A program made the position numbers and the translations under genes. From an uncultured virus (IMG/VR IMGVR_UViG_3300022833_000006) (taxonomy: Duplodnaviria; Heunggongvirae; Uroviricota; Caudoviricetes; Crassvirales), in the IMG/VR virus record IMGVR_UViG_3300022833_000006: DNA of 64,000 nucleotides; one strand, 5' to 3'. The notes under the pieces were generated by a model, which saw only the letters and a program-made list of their open reading frames with translations, made no database searches and was not told the origin of the DNA. Below are positions 37,236 to 48,000 of the stretch, piece after piece. Positions within the stretch are counted from its first letter, which is position 1, and every line of letters starts with the position of its first letter.

Positions 37236-40200
37236 TTCAGACATATTTGATCCTACCAAAAAGGATAATCTTAATAAAATGGAAAATTCAAATAGTGATA
37301 TATTTGATCCAAATGTAAAAACCGAAACTTTATCTGATAATTTATTTAATAACTTAGAAGAAAGAGAACATGAAATTGATTTTACTAATCAAGATTATTT
37401 AACAGGTAAGGAAGATCCTCTTCGTCAAGACTTAGATGAAATAAGAGCATATCGTCAATCTAATTTTGACAAAACTATGACAGGTGTTGGTAGAGTTGGA
37501 GTTAAAGTACTTGCTGAAGTTGCTAAAATGCCAGGTATGATTGGTGGTTTAGTTGCCGCAATTGCAACACCTTTTGGTGATGACCCTGCTGTTGAAACTA
37601 TATTTGACAATGCTTGGATAAGAACTATAGAAGACGCTAATCAATATATAAATAATGAAGCTTTACCTGTTTATGTTAAAAATTCTGTAAAGAATGGTAG
37701 TTTAATGGATAATTTAACTTCTATAGATTTTTGGGCTACAGAAGGTGCTGATGGAGTTGGTTATATTGCAAGTATGTTTGTTCCAGGAGCAGCTCTTAAG
37801 TCACTAGGTCTTGGTAAAATCATGATGAATAGTGTTACTAAAGGAGCTAATAGCATGTATAAATCAGCAGAAGCTGCTCAGAATGCTTTAAAAACTATTA
37901 AAGCAACTGATAAAGGTATGGATGTGTTTAACGCAACTGTAGCTAATACTTTTTTTGAAGCAGGTGCTGAATCAGGAGGCGCAATGAGAGCTTTTGAAAA
38001 TAAAAAAGAAAACTTTATAAATAAACAATTAGAAAAAGGATTAACTGAAGAAGAAGCTGAAAAACTTTTTACTGAAAATAAAGCTGACCTTGGTAGAAAT
38101 ATATTTTGGTCTAACGTAGCTATACTAGTAGGACCTAATGCAATTAGTAATAAAATATTATTTGGAGCAAAAGGTGGTTCTAAAGTAGCTTCTCAATATT
38201 TAGATGATGCTGGTAAGTTTATAAAAGATCCTAAATCTTTACTTACAAAAGGAAGAATAGAAGAATATGCTGGTGAATTTGGTAAAGGTTTTGCAAGAGA
38301 AGGTTTTTGGGAAGAAGCTATGCAAAGTTCTGTTGAACATAAGTTTATGGACAAAGCAGAAGGAAAAGAAACTGGCTTACTAGATTCTTATTTACACACT
38401 TTAACATCTGTAGAAGGTCAAAAAGCTATTGCATTAGGTGGTATACTTGGTGGTCCAATGAATGTATATAGTCAAATATCTAATAATAAAGCTACTAAAA
38501 AAAGAAAAGCTGAATTAGCTCCACATATGGAGTCTATGATAAATTTGTATACAATGGGTACAGATAAATTATATACAGTTGATGAAAACGGTAAAAGAGA
38601 AATTAATGATAAATATGTTACTGAATATGGTAATGAAGTAAAAAAATTAGAAGCTCTTGATAAGGTTTTTGATGAAATGAATGCAATAAAAGAAGCTAAT
38701 GATGGTGTATTACCAGCTCCACAAAAAGCACGTCTTAAAGTGGCTCAAAATGATTTTACATCGTCTTTTTTAATGCCTTTTATAACTAATGGTGAAATGG
38801 GTGTTGAAATACTTGAAAAAGCTCTTAGTCAAAATGAAGATATTATAGATAAAGTAAATGCTTCTAATGAAGTAACAGGTGAAAATCAAACAAAAAAATC
38901 TGTTGTAACTAATATTGTAGAACAAGCTAAATCTATGCAGAAAGATTATGAAAAATCTTCTGAATATCTTAAATATTTTAATCCAATAAAAGGTGAAGAC
39001 ACTGAAAAAGTTTCAGCTTTTTATAATCAAATGAATGCATTTGAAACTTTTACAAAACAACGTAAAAGATTTCTTGAATCTAACAAAATTGAAGTAGAAA
39101 ATGAAGTAACATTACAAGAACTTGAATTATTAAAAGAATATGCATTACAAACTGAACAATCAACTAAAGGTTATAATAAATTTAAAGATGACGTAGGGTT
39201 ATCTTTAACTTTAGAAGAATTTAATGCAAAAAATTTAGGATATGGTACAAGTGAAGAATTTCTTAATTTTGCTAATAAAAAAAATAAAGGTAATAATATT
39301 TATGGTAATAAATTAAGAGAACAATCTGATATTAGTAATTCTATAATTCAACAAAATGCAATCTTAGATATGCTTTATGATCCTACACAACTTCAAAATT
39401 TATTTGATCTTAAAGTAGAACAAGACATAGAAGCTGAAAAAACTATTAAAGAAGAAACTGTTAAAAAACAAGAAGAAGAAGTAACAAAAAAAGAAGACTC
39501 TGAAAAAGAAATAATTAAAAAAGATAATAAAGAAAAGAAAACTCAAGAAAGAAAAAAAGTTAGATCTAAAAAAGTTAATTTAGTTAAACAAGTTGATAAT
39601 AATAATGCTTTATTTGATATTTTAACAACTAAACTTTCAAAAACAAGTGAAGATCTTATATTAGAACCATTAACTCAAGAATTAATTGATATTATAGTTA
39701 TGTCTAATCCTGAGTTAAAAGATTTAAATATTTCTAATCAAATTAAATATAATAAAGCTAATGAATCAACTTTAGTAGTAGAAATACTTAATGAAAATTA
39801 TAAAAGTATTGTTGAATTAGAAGTAAGTAGGAAAGAAGTTCCTAAAGAAAGTAATCCTAATCCTAAAACTAATCCTACAGTTACTACAAATGATCAACAA
39901 GAAGAAGTTGATAACGTAGAAGAAGAAAACTCTAATCTTAAAGAGATTAATGAAGAAGAAAAGATTCTTTTAAAAGAAGCTTTAGATATTAAAGATTATA
40001 GAGATGAAAAATTTAAAGAAACTTCTATAATAGATGATACTGATTTTATAGTATTGTACGATGTTAAAGCTGGTGAGGAGTCAAACAGCTTTTCAAAAAA
40101 AGTAAGTACTATAAAAGATAAAACTTACACTGGCTTAGTTTCTAAAATTAAAGCTAAATATCAGGCTGACAGAGACGCTTTAAATAAAACTAATGAAGGA

Positions 40201-42066
40201 GAAAGAAGTGCTGGTGTAAAAGAATTAATATCTGTTTATTCTGGAGGTAAGTTGTTTTTTCCTATAAATGCTAGTGGACTTGAAGTATCAGAATCATTTA
40301 GTGCAAATAAAGTTACATTAGAACAAGCTAAAGCAGCAATACCTGGTTTAAATGGGAAAATAAGAAATTGGTTTCAAAGAGGTGTAAATTATCTACAAAC
40401 TAAAAAAAATAAGTCAAGTAGTTCTTCACAACAACCTGGTAATGAATTTACTAATAGTGATAATATTTCAACAGGAGGTACTATTAATGAAGGTACATCT
40501 AATGATATAAATAGATTACCTGAAAACACTGTTAATAGAAGTAGTGAAAGTCATGCTAAATTAGTAGATTCTAAAGGTAACTTATCTGCAGACCCATTGT
40601 TTTTTCAATATTCAGAAGAACAACGTGATAAAAAAGGAGAAGAAGTTACTTTTGAATTAGGTAACGGTCAAACTAATGATAGAGCAAATGAAGCTTTATT
40701 TTTATTTAGAGATGTGTTAGATAATAACGGCACATTAACAGAAGAAGAAATTGATTCTTTAGTTCAGTTTTTACCAATTAAAGTTAACGTTGCAAACGGT
40801 GGATTTAGTCATTTATCATTTGCAAACGAAGAACTTGGTATTGAAGTATTTGCTGCTGCAGCTACTATAAAAAGAAATGTTATTATGCAAATGCTAGAAG
40901 GTAAAAAACCTAAAAGTATTATAATGTTTCAAAAACCTGGTAGAATACAAATGGATAGGGTTGATGGTAAACCAGCTGCAAATAAAATATTTGATGAAAA
41001 TGGTAAATCTAATTTATTTGGAGTAGAATCTATTGACAAAGTAGAAGTTTTGTTTTCTGATTCAATAGGTGTTCTTAAAAATAGCAGTAATAAAACAACA
41101 GAAAGTTTTGGAACTGTTAAAAATGCTGGTCAAATATATATATCAGTACCAATGGCTAATGGTCGTAAAATGCCTTTAAAGCTTAACCAAAGACGTATAA
41201 ACAATATAGAAGCTGAATTACTATATAAGATTGTAGAAGTAATGATAGGCTCTTCTATTAAATTAACATATAAAGATAGTTTGGATATGTTAATAAAAAA
41301 TAGTATCTTTACAGAACTTGAATTAGAATATATAAATACTGAATTAAAAGCTTTAGATAAAAACACTAAAAATACAACTATTATTGATTTAGTCAATAAT
41401 TTAGTATATGAAGGTCAAAGTGATAAAAATGCATTTAGTATAGAAGGTAGTAGTTTAAGAATGCAAGATGAATTAATATCTTCAGAAAATTTTAAAGATG
41501 CTAAACCTAGAATAATTGAATGGCTTACTACTGAAAAAAATAGACAAATAAATAAAAAAGCTTCTAACACAGTTGCTTACAAAAAACATTTATTTAATAG
41601 CATATTAAGTACTGATTCTAAATTAGGACAAGCTATGTTTCAAGATTCTACTGCAATTTATATAGATCCTAATTTGGGAATAGATCCATTACAAGTTAAA
41701 GCTAATAAAAAGAAAAAAGCAAAGAGTGATTTAAAAGAAAAGATTGAAAAAACACCTATTAAAATTTTAAAAGAAAATAAAAAGTCTAAAAAAGAAACAT
41801 TAGAAGATGATGCTAATCAAATTAGTGCTGAAGAAAAAATATTTTTAGATAATTTAGAAAATCAAATTACAATGGCTGAAAATGATAAAGAAGCAAAAGA
41901 AACAAAAGATAAAGCTGAAAAACTTGAAGATGTAATTAAACCTGTAGTTAAGGTAAAAAGTAATTCTAGAAATAAATCTAAATTTGTAAATATAGTAAGT
42001 AAAGTTAATAAAATTAATAAAGAAGACGAACAAAAAGATGACCTTGATCCAGGTTGTAATAAATAA
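37225..42066 (+). CDS. large ejected virion protein
   Basis: 1613 aa; hydrophobic Gly/Ala-rich helices in the N-terminal third, EGFWEEAMQ motif, long coiled coils; precedes the vRNAP. Confidence 0.7.
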   Translation: MQNNSDIFDPTKKDNLNKMENSNSDIFDPNVKTETLSDNLFNNLEEREHEIDFTNQDYLTGKEDPLRQDLDEIRAYRQSNFDKTMTGVGRVGVKVLAEVAKMPGMIGGLVAAIATPFGDDPAVETIFDNAWIRTIEDANQYINNEALPVYVKNSVKNGSLMDNLTSIDFWATEGADGVGYIASMFVPGAALKSLGLGKIMMNSVTKGANSMYKSAEAAQNALKTIKATDKGMDVFNATVANTFFEAGAESGGAMRAFENKKENFINKQLEKGLTEEEAEKLFTENKADLGRNIFWSNVAILVGPNAISNKILFGAKGGSKVASQYLDDAGKFIKDPKSLLTKGRIEEYAGEFGKGFAREGFWEEAMQSSVEHKFMDKAEGKETGLLDSYLHTLTSVEGQKAIALGGILGGPMNVYSQISNNKATKKRKAELAPHMESMINLYTMGTDKLYTVDENGKREINDKYVTEYGNEVKKLEALDKVFDEMNAIKEANDGVLPAPQKARLKVAQNDFTSSFLMPFITNGEMGVEILEKALSQNEDIIDKVNASNEVTGENQTKKSVVTNIVEQAKSMQKDYEKSSEYLKYFNPIKGEDTEKVSAFYNQMNAFETFTKQRKRFLESNKIEVENEVTLQELELLKEYALQTEQSTKGYNKFKDDVGLSLTLEEFNAKNLGYGTSEEFLNFANKKNKGNNIYGNKLREQSDISNSIIQQNAILDMLYDPTQLQNLFDLKVEQDIEAEKTIKEETVKKQEEEVTKKEDSEKEIIKKDNKEKKTQERKKVRSKKVNLVKQVDNNNALFDILTTKLSKTSEDLILEPLTQELIDIIVMSNPELKDLNISNQIKYNKANESTLVVEILNENYKSIVELEVSRKEVPKESNPNPKTNPTVTTNDQQEEVDNVEEENSNLKEINEEEKILLKEALDIKDYRDEKFKETSIIDDTDFIVLYDVKAGEESNSFSKKVSTIKDKTYTGLVSKIKAKYQADRDALNKTNEGERSAGVKELISVYSGGKLFFPINASGLEVSESFSANKVTLEQAKAAIPGLNGKIRNWFQRGVNYLQTKKNKSSSSSQQPGNEFTNSDNISTGGTINEGTSNDINRLPENTVNRSSESHAKLVDSKGNLSADPLFFQYSEEQRDKKGEEVTFELGNGQTNDRANEALFLFRDVLDNNGTLTEEEIDSLVQFLPIKVNVANGGFSHLSFANEELGIEVFAAAATIKRNVIMQMLEGKKPKSIIMFQKPGRIQMDRVDGKPAANKIFDENGKSNLFGVESIDKVEVLFSDSIGVLKNSSNKTTESFGTVKNAGQIYISVPMANGRKMPLKLNQRRINNIEAELLYKIVEVMIGSSIKLTYKDSLDMLIKNSIFTELELEYINTELKALDKNTKNTTIIDLVNNLVYEGQSDKNAFSIEGSSLRMQDELISSENFKDAKPRIIEWLTTEKNRQINKKASNTVAYKKHLFNSILSTDSKLGQAMFQDSTAIYIDPNLGIDPLQVKANKKKKAKSDLKEKIEKTPIKILKENKKSKKETLEDDANQISAEEKIFLDNLENQITMAENDKEAKETKDKAEKLEDVIKPVVKVKSNSRNKSKFVNIVSKVNKINKEDEQKDDLDPGCNK

Positions 42067-42069
42067 TAT

Positions 42070-45000
42070 ATGAACTGCACAATAAGTAAAACATACAATA
42101 AATTAGTTAAAGTATTTAAAAACCCTACTGTTGCTAAAGAAAAATATAATAAATTAAGTTCGCTTAATTTTTTAAAAGTTTTTGGTGATTGGAAAAATAT
42201 TGACAGTAATAACTTTGATCCAGAAGGTAAAAGACTTAACGATCAAGGTGAACCATTGTTATATACTGAAATTAGAAATGGTAAGTCTATACATTATTTT
42301 TTAGATAAAGAAAATAATCATATTGATATAACACCTAGAAATTTTGAATATCTTAATGTAGATAATAGAAGTACTAAAATAAAAGAAGTTGTAAATATTA
42401 TTGCAGCTGAAATATTTAATGAAAATATTAAAAACAATTTTAATGATTTAGAATCTATTAAAAATATTAATATAGAAAAATATATAAATAATTTTATACA
42501 ATCTACTTTAAGTTCTGCAAAAGATTTAAAAACAGGTCTTGAAAATCTTCTTACTTTTTCAGATAAACAACTTCTTGAAGATTTTGACACTAACAAAGAC
42601 GAAATAAATTCTGAAATAATTTTAAATGATGAAAGAATAAGAATATCAGAAGGTTTAGAACATGGTAAAGCTGATCTTAAAAATGAAATAATTTCTTATT
42701 TTATATCTAAAGGTTTGACTATTAATGATAAAACTAATGAAATAGAAGAAGAAAAAGAAAAGGATGATAATTCTGATAGGGGTGAAGCAGTTAATTCTGT
42801 AGAAAAAAACAGTAAAAATAAAGCAGGAGCTAATGTAAAACTTCTTTTGTCTTTTTTACGTGCTTATGAAATAGATCCCAATTATAATATAACACAAGGT
42901 AATAGCATGTTTATTCCCATGCTTACAGATGTATTTGAACAAAGTAAATTTATAGAAGGTAATGCAGTACATGAAGATTTATTAAGATTATTGGCAAATG
43001 TTGTACCTAATATGGTAGGTGGTAAAATAGAAGACGTTTTTGTAAAGATGATAAGTCTTATTAAAAATGAAATTAAAATAAAACCTCATTATGAAGATCT
43101 TATTAATTTACTTGAAAGTGAAGAATATAATCAAAATAAAAAAAGTGAATTTGTAGTAGCAATGACTCATTTCAAAAACCAACACATGGTTTATGAAAAT
43201 AATATAATTAAAGGTGTTTTTAAAGCATTTGACGCTGCTAAACAATCTAGTGTAGAATCTAAAATTCTTAAAAACTGGCAAGAAAAAATTAATAAAGTTT
43301 TTATTAAAAATGGTAAAATAGATACAGCACTTTTACAATCTTTAAGTAATGAATTTAAAGATTCATTTAAAAGATTTAATGATATTTTTTCTGGGGAAGA
43401 TTTATCAATTATGACTGATGATGATTTTTCACTTGCTTACAGTAGAAGTGTTTTAAATAAGAAAAAAGGTTTAATTTCTATATTTAATAAATTAGGAATT
43501 AATAATATAGATGATTTTGTAATGCATTCAATGCTTATTGAAAATGCAAATACTGACACTTTTAAAAGTGATGTTAAAATACAAATTACTGATCTTTATG
43601 GTGCTTTAAATTTAGCATTAAAAGACTTTACTAAAAATCAAAATAACGAAGATTATTCTTTTATTGAAAACAATAAATCTAGATTATTTAATGACTTAGC
43701 TGTTTATACTGCTAAAACTCAAAATGATGTAAAAGATTCTACTGTTTACAGTATGAATAAAATGTTTTGGGTTTATGGTAATGCTTCTTTTTTATCAAAT
43801 ACAATTAATTTATTTAAAGAAAATAAAGATTTATTAAGAAATCTTAAAAAAAATGCAATAAACGGTCATACATTATTTGCTGACTATTTACTTGCTGAAG
43901 ACTTACGTGCAGATGGTACATATGTTTATTCAGAAAAAAATAGAGAAATTGAATCTAATAAAAGATTAGAAGAGTTTTCTGCTACTAGATTTTTACAATA
44001 TCAAGAAGAATTTAAAAGTAAAGATGCTGTTGATAATAAATCTGTATCGGTAATAGATCAAATAATAAGTAGATTTGGTGGTGTAATGGGTGCTAGTGTA
44101 ACTAATCTTAATACAAATGAATTAACTCAATCTGTAAAGCCTATTTATTCTACTATATTACCTGCTGATAAAAACACTGCTTATGAAATTAAAATAGGCT
44201 TGTTTATGAATGAAACATTAGCTGAAATGAAAAGTTTTGAAGATATGGATTTTTCTAAAAAAACTAAAGACATTTTTTACAATTATTTTACAGATGAATA
44301 CAATAGAATGGTTGAAGCTTATGATGATTTAAAAAACAAAGAATATAGTAAATTAAAAATACATTATCACACAGATAAAGGAGGTAATATAGGTTCTTAC
44401 AAGGATAATAATGGTAAAGATATATTTTTAAAAACATTTGAAGAATATGAAAATAGCAAAGAAACTTCTAAAAAATTATTAGGTCAAGCTTTTGTTTCTC
44501 AAATATCACCTGAAATTAACTATAATACTTTACAATCTAAATTAGTTGGTTCTAATATATTTAATAAAGATGGTTCACCTAGTTATTTAGAAAAAGATTC
44601 ATTAAATGAAGATCATAAAGATGTTATAACTAATATTTTAAATAAAATGATGACAAATAGAGTTGGTGATAATGTAACCGATTTAATGTCTAAAGGTATA
44701 ATTAAAAAAACTGGTGAAAACGCTTATACTTTTGCTGCTATTGATAATCAAATAAGAAGAAGTTATGGTGCAGAAAAAGGTGTGTTTACAAGAGCTTCTT
44801 TGTATCAAATGGTATCTGATTATGCTATCAATACTATTATAGCAAATGTAGAGTATACTAAATTATTTACTGGAGATCCTGCTTATTATAAAAATATGGT
44901 AGATTTCTTTAAGCGTGTACCTGCAACTTATACAGATGGTACATATTTAAGATTAGGTTTAACAGAAGGTGATGAAACTTTTAATATGTCAGTAGTTGAA

Positions 45001-48000
45001 AATCAAATAGTTGATTCTAAATTTTACGATAATTTAGATGATTCATTAAAACTAGCTGGTATAGAAAAAGAATCAGAAAGAAAATCTATAATAGGTGCTT
45101 ACAAAGAAGGGGTAAATCAAACAGATGCACAAGCATGGATTACACCTATGAGATGGAAATTTATTCTTGAAAGAACAGGTAAATGGACAGATGCTCATAA
45201 TGTAGTTTATGATAAAATGATTGAAAAAAATAAAGAACCTTTTACATCTTCTGAACTTAAGTTATCAGCACAACCATTAAAAGGTGTTTATTACGGTGTA
45301 GTAAATGGAGCTCCTACTTATATGAAATATTCACAAGCGGTTCTTACACCAATGCTTGTTAAAGGTTCTAAATTAGAGTCTTTTTATAATCAAATGATTG
45401 AGCAAAAAATTGATGAAGCTGTTACTCTTGATGGTGTAAAAGTAGGAGCCGATATACCAACTGATATATCTGGTGATAAAATAAATTTTAATATTCAAGT
45501 TTTAAATAATTTTGAATGGAAACTTCAACAAGATCTTCCAGTTAAATTAATGAAACAAACATTACTTGGTTCTCAAATACAAAAAAACATATACTCAACA
45601 GTAAAAAAAGATGAAGTGTATGATGTTGATGGTGTTGACTATCAAGGTTTTGGTATTATAGATCATATAAATAGTATTTTATCAGATCTTTCTAACAATG
45701 GTATAAACAAACTTTCTAAATTATTAGAAAAAGGTGCTGATAATAAAATAAATTCTGATAAAATGTATGATATCATACAGGGTGAAATTAATGACAACCC
45801 TGAAGATTATACAGATAACATGAAAGATGCTGTAAATAAGAAAATGTTAATTGAAGCAATGCCTTCAATGAGGGATAAAATGTATTCTATATTATTTTCT
45901 AAAATAAGAAAAGCAGCAAGTAATATTAAAACAAACGGTGGATCATTTATACAAATGTCTAACTATGGTTTAGATATTGTTACAGCTGATGAACAAGGTG
46001 TAACTTGGTTAGCTGAAAAGAATGAATTAAAACCACCTACATTATATGAAGATATAGTAACAAATGAAGATGGGACTAAAATAACTACAATAAAACAAAG
46101 ACCAGGTCAAATATTTATTTCACATTCTGATATAGCTAAGGCTATTCCTAACTATAGACAGTTAGCTAAAGAAGGAAAATTAAAAGACATGCTTGGTAAA
46201 GATGTTTTAAAAGCAATTGGATATCGTATACCAAACCAAGGGATGAGTTCTAACGACGCTTTAGAAATAGTTGGTATATTACCTCCTCATATGAATGATA
46301 CCATTGTAGCTTATACTGAAATCACTACTAAGACAGGTAGTGACTTTGATATTGACAAAATGTTTGTAATGTTACCTGAACTTAAAACTTTATATACTAA
46401 AAAAACTTATAAAGCTGCTAAAGAATATTTAAAAACATTAGTAAAAGATAATGTATCTGATACTACGGATGTATTTAATATTACTGATTTTTATGATGCA
46501 CTTGTAGAAAATACTGGTATTGATTTATCACAAGAAGAAATGGTAAAATTGTTTTCTGCTACTGATGAAACTCTTTTAAATAATGATTATTTTAATATAA
46601 TAGTAGATCATTTAGTTAAAGGTGAATCAGAAGGAGCAAAAGCATTAAGTGAAAGTATAAACGAAGGTGGTGTTAGAAAAATAATTAAAAGTGAATCTAA
46701 TAGAGATTCTACAAAAGGTCTTAACAATATGTTATTTGACTCGTATTGGTCTATATTAACTAATAAATCTACATATTCAGAAATTATTAAACCTATTGAT
46801 TTTGATTATTTACAAAATCACATTAAATCTTTAAATAGCGATAAACAAGTTAATGAAAATTTTAAGTTTTATGATGGTATATACCAAGTAGAACTTAAAA
46901 ATACTTACATGTTAGGTAAATCAGGTGTTGGTATATCAGCAAACATGGCTGTTGATCATAATATATCTAAAAACATGGTTAATCTTAGATTTAATGGTTA
47001 TAATTTAGGAGTAGGTTTTATAAATGAAAATAATGAAACTGTATTTGATAATAATCCAGATACAGGAAATTCTAATTCTGTAAAACTTACTGTAAATCAA
47101 GCTAAAATAGCTGCTGCAAGAATAAAAGAAAAAACAGGCAAAAGTGTTAATTATGAAACATTAATGTCATTTAAAATAGGAGATACTATATCTGCTTTTA
47201 TGAATGCTTTTGTTGATAATGCTAAAGATCCTTACATAGAATTAGGTAATTATAATACATACACATCTGGTGTAGCATTTATGCTTACTAGAGCGGGTGT
47301 ACATCCTTATTGGACTGATGCTTTTATGGGTCAACCAATATTAAAAGAGCTTACTAAATTTACAAAAGATTTTGAATCTATATCTGTTAAAAAAGATGAT
47401 AAATATAAATCAATGTCTTCTTATGATGCAATGTTATATGATGCAGTTGCTAATTTAATTAATACAAATAATAAAAAACTAATAATTGCAGAAATAGAAA
47501 AACTTAAAAATCAAAAAAGAATAGTATATTCTTATGAAGATCTTGCTAATAATTATAATGAAAAAGATGATAAAAGAAAAAATGTAGAATTATTAATGAC
47601 ATTTAAAGAATATCAAGACCAATCTAAAAAACTAGATGCTTCTGTTAACCTTTCTAGATTTGATACATTAGGATCAGGTAGAAATTTTTCAGATATGTTA
47701 GTTTATCAAAATAATTTATTAAAGTTATTTAACAAACAAGAAACTAAAGGTGAAATTAATGGTCATATGGATAAATACATTAGAGATGGTGTATTAACTT
47801 CATTAGGTAGTCAATTAAAAAATTCTGTATTTTTTGCATCTGATGTTTTAAATGCTAATCCAAGTATATTTCTTAGTGCTAATAAAGAATTTTTAAATGT
47901 TATAGACAATATTTCAATGACAACAGCAGGTTCTTATGGTGGTTCAATGGGTAGATCTAGTGATAAGAAAATGATATCTAAATTAAGTAAAGAACTTTAC

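Noticed and set aside
37231..37311. NSDIFDP duplicated at the N-terminus of the 1613-aa protein
   Set aside because: A real but very short peptide repeat with no supportable function
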